51,160 nucleotides of DNA from a virus: IMG/VR virus record IMGVR_UViG_3300037742_000043, positions 1 to 51,160 of that record, one strand, 5' to 3'. This document shows, in pieces, positions 9,466 through 19,403 of the stretch. The notes under the pieces are model-generated. The model made no database searches. It was not told the DNA's origin and was given only the letters and a program-made list of their open reading frames with translations. Made by a program: the position numbers and the translations under genes. Within the stretch, counting starts at the first letter, position 1; each line of letters starts with the position of its first letter.

Positions 9466-10209
9466 CTAGAGATTCATGATGGAACCGAGAATTCCTGGCA
9501 GTGGATCTCCAAGAACGTAATACTGAGCAGAGGCGGTAGGGATGTTGACAATGGTCAACGGTGCACGATTCGGGACGATCATAGTATAGACTTCTGGGAT
9601 GACTGTACTTGCCCCCCAGCCTAGATAGTACTGATCCTCAACCACCTGTAGCCCGTTGCTGTAATTGATTGTCGCGGTGAGATACACACCTTTGTTGCTA
9701 TAGTTCAATGTATCTAGAAGAGAATGCTGCACCTCAATGAAGACTTGTGTTTCATCCAGTGGATTCCAAGTCGCAGAGATGACATCCGTTGGTGCGATTG
9801 GAGCAGTGGTTACGTCCCAACGCAACTTCGTTGTAGGCGGCGGAAGAGTTTGCCATGGTCCAACATAACTCAGCGCAACATTCTCCCAACGATAGCGAAA
9901 GAAGTTGTTTTCAAAATATGGTCCGGGCAAGTCAACAGGAAAATCTGCGAGCGGCGTACCATTGAGAACAAAGTTGTTTCCATAGAATGTCGCCCAAGGT
10001 CCACCTCCACCAACAGACTGCTGCACATTCAAAGTCGACGATGTTGGCGTAAACCCATTCCCTGTGAATCTCAAAATCGCCTGCGTACTATCTGGAATTA
10101 CTTGAAAATTCGTCCCAATATTCGATACATTCGGAAAAGAGAATGATTGGGTTGAAGAGAGGAGATTAGGAAACATCGAAGCCGGTTCCGAAGAGGCCGA
10201 GATAGACAA
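9466..10209 (-). CDS. hypothetical structural protein, about 236-247 aa
   Basis: ORF in the late operon. Start is either TTG at 10209 or ATG at 10176 (11-nt overlap with the upstream stop). Confidence 0.5.
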   Translation of the reverse strand: MSISASSEPASMFPNLLSSTQSFSFPNVSNIGTNFQVIPDSTQAILRFTGNGFTPTSSTLNVQQSVGGGGPWATFYGNNFVLNGTPLADFPVDLPGPYFENNFFRYRWENVALSYVGPWQTLPPPTTKLRWDVTTAPIAPTDVISATWNPLDETQVFIEVQHSLLDTLNYSNKGVYLTATINYSNGLQVVEDQYYLGWGASTVIPEVYTMIVPNRAPLTIVNIPTASAQYYVLGDPLPGILGSIMNL

Positions 10210-10699
10210 CTGTGCCGTCGCTATACCAAGAATAAATCGTAGCCTTTAGTGCAGTGTTGATGACGACAAGCGGGACGTTTGCTTGTGTGTTCCAGTTGGC
10301 AGGGAAGGTGATGGTCCAGTTGCCAGTGGCGTTTTGGACTACGCGAAGGATGCCGGAAGCTCCAGCAGGCGGCGTAGCAATGGTCAATACACAATCAGCA
10401 GTAAGTGTCAGCTTCTGACACGGACCATCGGTTGTGAAATTGATTGTCTTCGCAGCCCCGGAATTTCCTGCATCATACTCAGATTTATAAAGCAGTTTCG
10501 AAGATATGGTCGCTGCTTGATTCGCCGCGTCACCAAGCTTCGTCAGCAGAATCGGATCAAGAGTAAAATTGAAGCCAAAGATCTGCGTCAATCGCTCAAC
10601 CATCATGGCTTCTTTCGCCTTCATGTTGGCCGGAGCATTCTTCGCTGGCTCTGTTGCCCCATTAGGTGCAGTCGGTGTGTATGGAGTTGTATAAGCCAC
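10166..10699 (-). CDS. hypothetical structural protein (fibre/collar-like C-terminus), 177 aa
   Basis: GTG start directly after the upstream stop, preceded by GAGGT. Beta-rich C-terminal segment (GNWTITFPANW...). Confidence 0.5.
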   Translation of the reverse strand: MAYTTPYTPTAPNGATEPAKNAPANMKAKEAMMVERLTQIFGFNFTLDPILLTKLGDAANQAATISSKLLYKSEYDAGNSGAAKTINFTTDGPCQKLTLTADCVLTIATPPAGASGILRVVQNATGNWTITFPANWNTQANVPLVVINTALKATIYSWYSDGTVVYLGLFGTGFDVS

Positions 10700-11359
10700 T
10701 TACGGATACCTCGCCTTGATGAGTCGTGCCGAAGACATACTATAATCCCTCTCCTCTTTCGTCTCTGTATCAATCATCGTACTGAGAATATCTGTCATCA
10801 TGGCACGCATTTGGCTGGCCTTTGGGACAGATCCCATGTTGATCCAGCATCGCGCAGTGGCGCCGTAGGCAATGACCTCGTGCCACTCTTCAGGCACAGG
10901 CGGGCCACTGATCAGTACATCCCCAAGACTCTTCTTATACCACACCTTCACCTGATACGCATAGCTTGGCAGATAGTTGAAGACGATGCTGCTCTCAAAC
11001 CTTGCATATTTCGTCGGAATCTGATACGCAGGATTCGTATCATTCTCAACATCCATCAACTCCTCATACGTTGTCTGCTGAATCGGCGTCCAGATTGTAC
11101 TCGCATTTTGCGTATCGAGAATCGTCAAATGACGAATTGCATCGAGGTCAGAGATATATGCCCCAATAGCATAACTATTCGTCCCCGGCGTAAGAGTAAT
11201 GACAAACGAATCATCTTGCTCCCGAAACTTCAGCTTCTTACTAATCTCCCAAAAGGCTCGATTGATATTCTGATTAACTTTGGTTAATGAAATATCATCT
11301 TGGCTCATGCCGAGATTGTCATAGATTTCTTCTTGAAGATCTGCGAGCGAGAGTCCCAT
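10700..11359 (-). CDS. putative head-tail adaptor/connector protein, 219 aa
   Basis: Lies downstream of the capsid genes. N-terminal LADLQEEIYDNLG...VNQNINRAFWEI resembles adaptor proteins. Positional inference. Confidence 0.4.
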   Translation of the reverse strand: MGLSLADLQEEIYDNLGMSQDDISLTKVNQNINRAFWEISKKLKFREQDDSFVITLTPGTNSYAIGAYISDLDAIRHLTILDTQNASTIWTPIQQTTYEELMDVENDTNPAYQIPTKYARFESSIVFNYLPSYAYQVKVWYKKSLGDVLISGPPVPEEWHEVIAYGATARCWINMGSVPKASQMRAMMTDILSTMIDTETKEERDYSMSSARLIKARYP

Positions 11360-11371
11360 TGGCCTTTATTC

Positions 11372-11695
11372 CTATACCGATTCAACGTGAACGTCGATGA
11401 CCTTGTTTCCTTCTTTGCCGATGATGCAGTAGACTTTACTCGTATCTACAACTACAAACGATTCAAAGGGTTCGGGAAGTGACGCATCATCAACAAAGAC
11501 AGCTATCTCGGTATCACTGTCAGTGGAGACAACACGCCACTCCCCTCGACCAATTAGTACTCGCATCGAACCCAATCCAGATTCGGGTCGGACTGATTTG
11601 AATAGCGGGAACTTCACTTTGTTCCTTTTGAATAAGCGGGAAGGATTATCGCGGAGAGAGATAGATTCGAATGTCGCCGCCCTGCACACCGGCAT
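11372..11695 (-). CDS. hypothetical protein (start uncertain)
   Basis: The ORF overlaps the upstream gene by 50 nt. An alternative ATG at 11566 would give 64 aa. Confidence 0.35.
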   Translation of the reverse strand: MPVCRAATFESISLRDNPSRLFKRNKVKFPLFKSVRPESGLGSMRVLIGRGEWRVVSTDSDTEIAVFVDDASLPEPFESFVVVDTSKVYCIIGKEGNKVIDVHVESV

Positions 11696-12146
11696 TGCCG
11701 TCTACTGTATTGCCAACAACTTGACCAGCGGTTGTGCCCGCAATCACGCGACCAGAAACAGTTGCGGGAATGACAGTGAAGTGCGTGCCCGGCGTAATCG
11801 TTCCATCTGCCACAACCATCGCGAAGCCAGTGATTTGCACAATCAGTTGTTCGCCAGCAACACCAGTAGTCAACGCCTTCCCGGTTCCATACACAATATC
11901 CCCGTTTGTCAGCTTACCACCAACCGCTACGCCTTTGAATCCAACATAGTTCGTAGCTGTTGCACTCTTGTTGAATCCAGTTGCGCTTGCGAAGACAAGA
12001 TCGCCAGAGTTGATAACTGCTGCGGCAGCTCGTGCGAAGATGCAGATACCTCCAAGCTCATATGGTGTCTTATCTAAATTACTACGATGAAACTCAAGAG
12101 CTGAGACTGAACTCAGTGCTCCACCTTGGTTTGATTCCATAGCCAT
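11646..12146 (-). CDS. DUF2190-like capsid-associated protein, 166 aa
   Basis: AAGGAG RBS. G/V/T-rich beta protein immediately after the capsid gene with SGDLV...GVAVGG...VQITGFAMV pattern. Confidence 0.4.
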   Translation of the reverse strand: MAMESNQGGALSSVSALEFHRSNLDKTPYELGGICIFARAAAAVINSGDLVFASATGFNKSATATNYVGFKGVAVGGKLTNGDIVYGTGKALTTGVAGEQLIVQITGFAMVVADGTITPGTHFTVIPATVSGRVIAGTTAGQVVGNTVDGNAGVQGGDIRIYLSPR

Positions 12147-12158
12147 GATGGGTCTCCT

Positions 12159-13088
12159 TTAGGTCGGATTTGCGCCGACCCATCCACGCCAGTCGTAGAA
12201 GTATGTCAAGATGCGCATACGGTTTTTCACGAACTGTGTGCCGGTGGGCTTGTCTTCCCAATCGGTCATTTGGACACCTTTGCGCGTCAAGAAGTGCGCG
12301 TCATTCAGACGACTATCCACCATCCAGTACGCAGATGTAGACGTAATGAATGGATTGACGACAACCTTGATGCTCTTCTCCCCAAGGAAGGTCTTAACCG
12401 GATTATCATTCCGATTCGCTGTGTCCAACTCATTAAGCTGATTCACAAGACGCTTGGCATCAACGATCATGCCGTAGTTGTTTGGGATGATGAGGGTGTC
12501 GGGCATAGACTGGATCGGATCGCCATTCTCATCCTTCATCGTGAGGAAGAGTTGGAACATGGCGGCGAGTCCAGCATTGCTTAATGCTACGGGCGAAGAG
12601 ACAAGATTCGACTGAAGCGTTGCGCTACCCATGAGCGGATGCGATGCAGACAAGAGGGCAAGATTGTCCATGCCCAAATACCCACCTGTACCCGTGAAAC
12701 TATCATCAAGAAACGCAGCAGCCAAATACTCTTCAGTCATCGCTGCAGCATGACCTAGGAATGTTCCGCCCTTGTTCAGTTGATTGTACAAATCATCTTC
12801 ACGCGCTTCAATCGTCACACCGTAGCCAAGCTGGTATGTGCGATCAACAGCGGAGAATTTGTCACTGATCGTTGCCTGTACCAGCACTGGTGGCTCACCT
12901 TCATACGACCGAAACATTCGGCTCGGGCCAGTCACACGAACGCGTTGGATTTCAACTTCATCCGTGCTGCTGTATTTCATAAAGCTCGGACCCACTTGCG
13001 GGTACTTGCTATATGCGTTCAGAAAGTTATTAAAAAGCCCTTTGCGATACAGTAGTTGTTCGCGAGTTGTAATTCCAAAACCAGCCAT
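12159..13088 (-). CDS. major capsid protein (HK97-fold type), 309 aa
   Basis: AAGGA RBS. Size and order portal - scaffold - decoration-like - this ORF. C-terminal YFYDWRGWVG-type ending typical of Mu gpT/HK97-like coats. Confidence 0.7.
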   Translation of the reverse strand: MAGFGITTREQLLYRKGLFNNFLNAYSKYPQVGPSFMKYSSTDEVEIQRVRVTGPSRMFRSYEGEPPVLVQATISDKFSAVDRTYQLGYGVTIEAREDDLYNQLNKGGTFLGHAAAMTEEYLAAAFLDDSFTGTGGYLGMDNLALLSASHPLMGSATLQSNLVSSPVALSNAGLAAMFQLFLTMKDENGDPIQSMPDTLIIPNNYGMIVDAKRLVNQLNELDTANRNDNPVKTFLGEKSIKVVVNPFITSTSAYWMVDSRLNDAHFLTRKGVQMTDWEDKPTGTQFVKNRMRILTYFYDWRGWVGANPT

Positions 13089-13117
13089 CGTTGTATTCCT
13101 TTGTTATTAGTGATTGG

Positions 13118-13633
13118 TTATGGAAGGATTGCAGTGGCGAGAAATGTCCACTCGACAATCTGCTGGCCGAATTCGATGTTGATGCGGAGGACTTTGACTC
13201 TTGCATCTGTAGTCACAAGAGCACGATCAACAGTGACTTCGCCATCGGCACGTACGCGAATACCGTAGGAGACGCCAATGTCAGTAGTGGCTGGCGTAAC
13301 ATACGTATCCGACCCATTCGTCATATGTGACGCATAGATCGTATCGGTTGTGGCGCGATAGTAGGGAAGATTGTTGGCGCGGAAATCAACAGTGGTTGGC
13401 TGGTTCCCCATGTTGTAGCCGGGCGTCCATTGATTCGGTGACGCTGCTACACCTACAATCGTCGCCGCAGTTGGCGTAGTCGCCAGTGCGTTTAGCAAAT
13501 TCGATGTTAGTCCAAGAATAGACCCTTTGAAAATGGCACTCGCGGTGTTCGCAAGTCCATTTGTCGTTCCCGGATTGTTCGTGCCTGAATCCGGTTGCTT
13601 CGCCGGACCCATAGCAAAAGGTGCGATTGCCAT
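13118..13633 (-). CDS. putative head decoration/minor capsid protein, 171 aa
   Basis: Lies directly upstream of the capsid gene (lambda D-E-like order). Beta-rich with an A/T/G/N-rich N-terminus. Confidence 0.35.
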   Translation of the reverse strand: MAIAPFAMGPAKQPDSGTNNPGTTNGLANTASAIFKGSILGLTSNLLNALATTPTAATIVGVAASPNQWTPGYNMGNQPTTVDFRANNLPYYRATTDTIYASHMTNGSDTYVTPATTDIGVSYGIRVRADGEVTVDRALVTTDARVKVLRINIEFGQQIVEWTFLATAILP

Positions 13634-13643
13634 CTCTTTTATC

Positions 13644-14177
13644 CTATGTCTGTGGTTTTGACTTCTGATCCTTCATGATTTCAAGCTGCAATGCGTCGAA
13701 GCCAATGGTGTTTTTGGTGTTGCCTGCGATCTCACTTTCTGGCAAGTGTCTAAAATCAGATCCGAGTGCCTTTGACACTTCCTTTGCTGCATCTTCGTAA
13801 GACTTCCGAGGGTCTTGCTTGATTGATTTTGCAATCTCGAATGCGTCGAGTCGTGCGTTGTGATAGTCTTTGTGAATAGAGAAGCAGCGTACGTCGCCGA
13901 TGCGTTTGGCGCCATCGACGGAGGATGTGATATGTGGGGACATGCCGCCGAGAGCGTCATCGACTTTGAATCCAAGACTGGTCAAGCGGTCGATGTTCTC
14001 TGGCGTATCAGGCTGCCATTCGTAATGCTTGTTCGTCGGGGCATTCGCGATAAAGTGTTTATCAACATACTTGCCATGCGAGAAGCGATTGACATTCTCA
14101 CGGCGAAAGTTCTCAATCTGCTCCGCAGTAGGTGCGTCTTCGATCTCAAGGTCTGGGAGACTGATCTTCTGTGTCAT
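13644..14177 (-). CDS. hypothetical head-module protein, 177 aa
   Basis: ATGA coupling to the scaffold-like ORF. Confidence 0.5.
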   Translation of the reverse strand: MTQKISLPDLEIEDAPTAEQIENFRRENVNRFSHGKYVDKHFIANAPTNKHYEWQPDTPENIDRLTSLGFKVDDALGGMSPHITSSVDGAKRIGDVRCFSIHKDYHNARLDAFEIAKSIKQDPRKSYEDAAKEVSKALGSDFRHLPESEIAGNTKNTIGFDALQLEIMKDQKSKPQT

Positions 14178-15025
14178 GATGCACCTCCTGTGTTGCGAAT
14201 GCTGTTGATGTTGAGAGTGAACTTTTGGTCAGGGTCGAGCATACCGGCTTTGAACTCCTCATCGGTGATCTTGCCAGTGAGTCCCATGATGGCCATGAGT
14301 TTCTTCTCACTCTCATCGAGCGTGGATGGAGCGTTGGTTGGATTCACGAGAGGACGACCATTGGGGATGCGTGGAGGAATTGGCTTGGGCGGAGATTGTG
14401 GCGCATTTGATGGTTGAGTTTGTGTCAAAGACTGCCCACGTTGTTGACTATAGAATTCGGTCAACATCTGCGGATTGGCTGCAATGGCATTCCCAACCGC
14501 TGCGTCAACTAGACTCTTAACCACAAACTCACTGGGCTCAGCCGATCCCAATGCTCCACGCACATACGTAACAAGATGATCACGACCGGGGCGCACGAAG
14601 TCCGGATGCAGATGACTGTTGATCGCCTTGTCTACAAATGCGATTGTGTTGCGCTCCCGTGTTGCCTGTGCACTCTCTCGCAACAATGGCTGAATCATTT
14701 CATTCATGACTTGCCGCGCAACATCAGCCTGTACTTCTGCGAACTGACCATTGGATGCACGTTGATTCAGCTCTTCGAAATTAAATGCTGGCGCCGCAAC
14801 TCGTTGTTCATACTGCATCCGCAGTCGATTCGCTTCTGCACGTGCAGCCTCGGCTTGCTCCATTGCAGTTTGCGCAGTGCGCTGACTCATTGCAATTGCT
14901 GCCCGCACCTGCTCTTCACTAAAGGATACTGTCGAAGGGGCCGACTGGCTTTCTTGCTGCTGGCTTTGCTCGCTCGACTGATCCTGCTCCGTTGTTACTA
15001 CTGATCCATCTAGCTCGTCGTTCAT
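14174..15025 (-). CDS. putative scaffolding protein, 283 aa
   Basis: Follows the portal gene. Acidic Q/S/E-rich N-terminus, long helical A/E/R/Q segment, P-rich linker. GAGGAAGGA RBS. Confidence 0.5.
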   Translation of the reverse strand: MNDELDGSVVTTEQDQSSEQSQQQESQSAPSTVSFSEEQVRAAIAMSQRTAQTAMEQAEAARAEANRLRMQYEQRVAAPAFNFEELNQRASNGQFAEVQADVARQVMNEMIQPLLRESAQATRERNTIAFVDKAINSHLHPDFVRPGRDHLVTYVRGALGSAEPSEFVVKSLVDAAVGNAIAANPQMLTEFYSQQRGQSLTQTQPSNAPQSPPKPIPPRIPNGRPLVNPTNAPSTLDESEKKLMAIMGLTGKITDEEFKAGMLDPDQKFTLNINSIRNTGGAS

Positions 15026-15096
15026 TTCCTTCCTCTTGTTGAATAGATGTGAAGTCTTGAATAATGATGTTTACTGCGCTGATGCTTCCTTGAAGC

Positions 15097-17085
15097 TTAG
15101 TAAGCTGCTCCGCCGAGCAAGCCTGCAAGGCCGCTAGGTACTTGTCCCGATACGTCTCCAGAGCCGATATTAATGTTTGTGACGCTGTTGTCTGGAGGAG
15201 TGTACGGAGTTCCAACATTTCCGGCGGAGAGAGCCCGCTGATTTGGGTCTGTGAGCGTGGGATCTCCATTCATTGACATGGGTTGAGGTGAGGGGAGAGG
15301 CGGTGGGACAGCGATGAGGTATTCTTTTGGATCTCTGACATTAAAAGTGCCAAGAATCTGACTGAAGACTTGATTGGCACCCTTGATGGCTTGACGATAG
15401 CCTTCGTGAAGGACTGGATCTTGTGTCTGTGGCAGGGCTTGAAGAATGGGGATCAGACTATTGTAATACTGTTGCGCCGCACCTGATAACTGTGTCATCG
15501 TCTGACGATCAAGCATCTGATTGTCATTCTGATCAACCATGTGAACGTCGAGAATCAGTTTCTTTCGAAAGTCCTCGTATGGCCTCTTGAGAAACATCTC
15601 AATCTCACTACCTTGAGGACTATACTTCAGTCTCTCAATATTGGGGCCATACTGGACGATGTTAAGCACACCATCAGAAGCAAGCTGGGAGAGAAATCGT
15701 AGAGTAGCCCGATGTGTGTAATCTCCCTTTCGTTGAGACTCTTGCACACGGAGTGAAGAATCAGTCGCTGTTCCAGGTGTTCCCACTCCGGGCATTCCGA
15801 GTGTGATTTCATTAATCCCTGTGCGTTGTTGGGAGTAGATCATGGCTTGGTTTTCCATGTTGAACGCAGAGGCGTAGATCTCTTCGTTCTTCATGGGTTG
15901 GACATCGTCCATGTCGTCGACCCACCAGATTTTATTCGGGAAGATCGGTTCGTTGTCGCGGATGCTGTTGTTGCCTTTACGCACTTTCCACATGCGCGTG
16001 TTGGCGATGGTGCCGGAGTCGATGATTTGGCGATGCTGAGTCGAGACCTCTTCTTGGAAAGATCTATTCATCTCAGCCAAGCCAATGCCGGTCCAGCGAT
16101 AGGGCTTAGAGAAGAAGTTGCAGCTTCTCTGAGGCCGACGCAGATCCTCAAGCGGATTGTAAAAACATCCGACTAAACTCCGACTATCTTTATGATAAAT
16201 CGCGCAGATCTCTTGAAACTCCTGCTTGTCATCAATCGGGACATTGCGGGACAGGGCATACTCTTTCATCCCCTTTGTCAACTTCTCAACAGGAAATTGG
16301 AGATAGATATAGAAGAAGTTTAACTGCTGTGGCCAGCCCGGAATTCGATTATCTAGCCTCTCCTCGTTCCAAAGTGTCTCTCGTACTTGTGTTGTCGCGA
16401 CAGTTGGCGGGAAGTAGTAGCCTCGCAGTTTCTCTGTTGTGCCCGACTCGAACATTCCTTCTTGCTCTGCTTCTTGCACCTGAAGTGGATTCATGAAGAA
16501 GACTTGCCCGCACCATCTTGCGGTCTGTTGATCAACTTGGTCGAACGGCATGAGGAAGTTGGTGACCGGAATGGACTCGAAGACGTTGCCTTCTTTGACT
16601 ATCACCTCAAAGGGCTTTCCGTTTCTCATCCCCTTCTTGACAATCTTCTGCCATGTCGCTTGTGCCACACCTGTGCCGAGCAGGATCTGCTCTTGAATCG
16701 CCGGCTTGATCAGCTCAAGCATCTCTCCTTGAAGAATAAACTCATCATCGAAGAAGATCTCTAGCTCATCCTTGATTGCTGCTGCGGCTGGATCTTTGAC
16801 ATTGGCTGCGATCTTCTGCGGCATAGCTTCCAACTTCTGAAAGGTACGCGCCTCCGTTGCTTCAAATGCAATCGCCGTGAGTGGGACGATGAAGCGACTC
16901 GCACCAATGAATGGGAAAGTCGTCTGCTCATCACTAGGCTTTGCAATATAGTCTCGTTGATAATCATTGATTTCCTGAATCCAATTGCCTCTTTCACTGA
17001 GATGATTCACCAACTCAGTATCCAGATGCTGAATCAGTGCCTCTTTGATTTCTGGATTGAGTTTGAGTTGAGTTGGGTAGTTCAT
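15097..17085 (-). CDS. portal protein, 662 aa
   Basis: Size and position between TerL/HNH and the scaffold/capsid genes. Confidence 0.65.
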   Translation of the reverse strand: MNYPTQLKLNPEIKEALIQHLDTELVNHLSERGNWIQEINDYQRDYIAKPSDEQTTFPFIGASRFIVPLTAIAFEATEARTFQKLEAMPQKIAANVKDPAAAAIKDELEIFFDDEFILQGEMLELIKPAIQEQILLGTGVAQATWQKIVKKGMRNGKPFEVIVKEGNVFESIPVTNFLMPFDQVDQQTARWCGQVFFMNPLQVQEAEQEGMFESGTTEKLRGYYFPPTVATTQVRETLWNEERLDNRIPGWPQQLNFFYIYLQFPVEKLTKGMKEYALSRNVPIDDKQEFQEICAIYHKDSRSLVGCFYNPLEDLRRPQRSCNFFSKPYRWTGIGLAEMNRSFQEEVSTQHRQIIDSGTIANTRMWKVRKGNNSIRDNEPIFPNKIWWVDDMDDVQPMKNEEIYASAFNMENQAMIYSQQRTGINEITLGMPGVGTPGTATDSSLRVQESQRKGDYTHRATLRFLSQLASDGVLNIVQYGPNIERLKYSPQGSEIEMFLKRPYEDFRKKLILDVHMVDQNDNQMLDRQTMTQLSGAAQQYYNSLIPILQALPQTQDPVLHEGYRQAIKGANQVFSQILGTFNVRDPKEYLIAVPPPLPSPQPMSMNGDPTLTDPNQRALSAGNVGTPYTPPDNSVTNINIGSGDVSGQVPSGLAGLLGGAAY

Positions 17086-17093
17086 TGAGGCGA

Positions 17094-17453
17094 TTAGTGG
17101 GCGACGGCGACGGACTTCGACGGACGAGCGGTGATGGTCATTCCTTTATGTTGCTTGCGATGGCAGGAAAGGCAGAGATAAGTGCCGTTGTCAACGGCTA
17201 CAGACTTTGTAGGGTCTGAGTAGACAGGCACTTTATGATGCACATGCTTGCCTCGCTTGTTGCAATCAGGATCGGCACACATGTTGTTGCAGCGGGCACG
17301 GACTTCTTTGAGGAAGGCTTGATATTCTGTTGTTTTAAAAAGAAGGTCGCGAAGCTGATTCCAGATCTTGAAGAAGTCTTCACGATCCAGTCCGCCCCTT
17401 CGTTTCAAATTCACCATCCGATTGATGATCACTGCGGCAGAAAGATCAGGCAT
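17094..17453 (-). CDS. HNH endonuclease, 119 aa
   Basis: CADPDC...HVHHKVP...N...CLSCHRKQH motif set. The ATG at 17453 overlaps the TerL stop by 8 nt. The 254-aa track ORF is an out-of-frame extension into TerL. Confidence 0.8.
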   Translation of the reverse strand: MPDLSAAVIINRMVNLKRRGGLDREDFFKIWNQLRDLLFKTTEYQAFLKEVRARCNNMCADPDCNKRGKHVHHKVPVYSDPTKSVAVDNGTYLCLSCHRKQHKGMTITARPSKSVAVAH

Positions 17454-19056
17454 ATTTGATGGCCGAGTAGCCGGTGGCGATTGATCGAGACCTATTGAAC
17501 TTGTCAAGCGCTTCATCTCGTTGATTGACTTCGACGTCCTTGATTGAGGTGCGCCAGACTTCTGGACCCATAGCCAAAGCATCAAGAGAGTGGATGTCGC
17601 TGCCATAGGGGAATGATCGGTATTGATCGACAATGCTGTCTTTTTGTGAAGAGTGGAACCAGATCTTGCCATTGGCGAACCATTGACGAAGGACCCTGAT
17701 TCGATCTTCTTTCTGCTTCTGCTTCGTCGTGACCATGATGACACGAAAGAATGTGCCGCGCAGTCGCATCTCTCTCTTGAACACATTCTCAAAGAGGCCA
17801 GAGAAGAGAACCTTTTCGCAGACGAAGGCACGTGGATTCCACTTAGCAACAAGGCCAAAGATCATGGAGATGAATGCCTCTGGAACAAGCTTCTCCTGTA
17901 CGACTTGCAGGATGTAGACAACGCCCCATCGGTCTGTACCTGTGACAACAATGCCAGAGAAGCCTGTCATTGCAGGATCAGCTAGGATCAAGATGTCAAG
18001 CTCTCTCGTGTCGATTCGACGAAAGGTTCCGTCAAGCTGTACCGCGGTGATTTCAAATGGTCGATCGTCAACAAATTCAAAATATCTCTCCCACTCCTGA
18101 CTGAACTCCCCTTCCGTCTCCATCGGGTTGTTCATGTACTGAGAATTGAACATCGCGAGATCGTTGGCTTTCATCTCTTCAATATCTTCCCAGCTTGTCG
18201 CCTCGGGCCAGATTAGGTACTTTTGATTCTTTTCATCCCTTTCGTAGATAGACCGTGTGTAGATCTTGAGACGAGTCTTGAAGTCCTCTTTGATGACCGA
18301 ATAGATGTCATCTTTGCGATAGCGAACACCTTCAAAGTCTACATGCGTCGCGTTCATTTGAGTGAACATACCTTTGAGATCGCGGACCCATGTCTTAGCA
18401 GCAGTGAAATCAGCTTCGGACTGCATTGCGTTAAGTCCAACGATGTCATTCACCTTCATCATGTCAAAGTGCTTACCTTGACCTGCGGCGCCACGGCCCA
18501 TGACTGTGAAGGTAGACTCGGGCCATGACTTGGTTCGTGGTAATTCTAAGTTGGTTTGATTTACACGAAGATGCTTACCGGGGACAAGTTCTGGAAACAA
18601 GGCAACAAGAAACTCTTCATCAAAGATCTTCCCAGTGATGGCTTGAAGGTTCTCGCTGGCGGTTGTTTGGACTTCGTGCGCGAGAAGGATGCGGACGTTG
18701 GTGCCAAGATTGCGCGGAAAGGGTTGATTGCCACTGTCGTCAGGCAACGCGATCTGAATACTATCACTAATCGTATTGATCGTTGTCTTGAGAAAGCCGC
18801 GCGGCATGAGGATGAGTCTGAACCTGTCCTCATTCGTCTTACCCATCCATGTGCAGAAGTCACCGTGCAGGGCTGTTGGCCGCCCTTCTTTCGTCCGCAG
18901 TCGATCAAAGCCGAGGACAGTGTCAGACAGAAAAAAGAGATCACACTTAGTTCTTCGACGAAGCAGAGCAACTTCAGTATCCGTCTGACTCTCTCGTACC
19001 TTATCCGCCTTCCTTCTCAGCTCATCTGTGTTGATAATTCGTTCGTCATCACTCAT
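17446..19056 (-). CDS. terL: terminase large subunit, 536 aa
   Basis: Size and TerS-TerL-portal order. N-terminal ATPase-like segment (LILMPRGFLKTT) and an acidic nuclease-like C-terminal half. Confidence 0.8.
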   Translation of the reverse strand: MSDDERIINTDELRRKADKVRESQTDTEVALLRRRTKCDLFFLSDTVLGFDRLRTKEGRPTALHGDFCTWMGKTNEDRFRLILMPRGFLKTTINTISDSIQIALPDDSGNQPFPRNLGTNVRILLAHEVQTTASENLQAITGKIFDEEFLVALFPELVPGKHLRVNQTNLELPRTKSWPESTFTVMGRGAAGQGKHFDMMKVNDIVGLNAMQSEADFTAAKTWVRDLKGMFTQMNATHVDFEGVRYRKDDIYSVIKEDFKTRLKIYTRSIYERDEKNQKYLIWPEATSWEDIEEMKANDLAMFNSQYMNNPMETEGEFSQEWERYFEFVDDRPFEITAVQLDGTFRRIDTRELDILILADPAMTGFSGIVVTGTDRWGVVYILQVVQEKLVPEAFISMIFGLVAKWNPRAFVCEKVLFSGLFENVFKREMRLRGTFFRVIMVTTKQKQKEDRIRVLRQWFANGKIWFHSSQKDSIVDQYRSFPYGSDIHSLDALAMGPEVWRTSIKDVEVNQRDEALDKFNRSRSIATGYSAIKYA

Positions 19057-19403
19057 GAGTGGTGTAGATCGTAAAGGAATCTCATAGTTACATTCAGAGA
19101 ACTTGGATCTAAACTTCCCAGAGTTTTAAGCCAGCACTCGAAGATTCTTGGATCATATATCATACAAGTAGGCTCTAGCATCTTTTGCATCTCTTGTTCA
19201 GCCTTTAGAGCCTTAAAGAGACTACCCACGTATCGAATATACTTGAAAACCAAAACGCCTTCGAGAGTTTGAGATGTGTTGTGATCCCTTAATCGCTTCT
19301 TAGGTCGAGAGGTTATTCCAACATAGTATTCTCCTTGGTTGTTACCTAGAATATACAAGTAGAATCCATCTATCGGCCACTTTCGAAGTTGATCATACTT
19401 CAC
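19053..19403 (-). CDS. GIY-YIG nuclease-domain protein, 116 aa
   Basis: FYLYILGNNQGEYYVGITSRPKKRLRDHN matches the GIY-(10-11)-YVG...R...H/N core. GTGA overlap with the TerS stop and ATGA overlap with the TerL start. Visibly AT-richer than its flanks. Confidence 0.7.
   Translation of the reverse strand: MKYDQLRKWPIDGFYLYILGNNQGEYYVGITSRPKKRLRDHNTSQTLEGVLVFKYIRYVGSLFKALKAEQEMQKMLEPTCMIYDPRIFECWLKTLGSLDPSSLNVTMRFLYDLHHS

Noticed and set aside
10283-11287. 334-aa plus-strand ORF, plus many other long ORFs antisense to the late genes (for example 8502-8934, 11523-12077, 13860-14417)
   Set aside because: They are antisense to well-supported, coupled structural genes, have R/C/H/S-rich junk composition, and have no RBS.
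17454-17858. N-terminal 135 codons of the 254-aa track ORF 17094-17858
   Set aside because: This part lies out of frame inside the terminase large-subunit gene. The HNH domain starts at the ATG at 17453, which overlaps the TerL stop.
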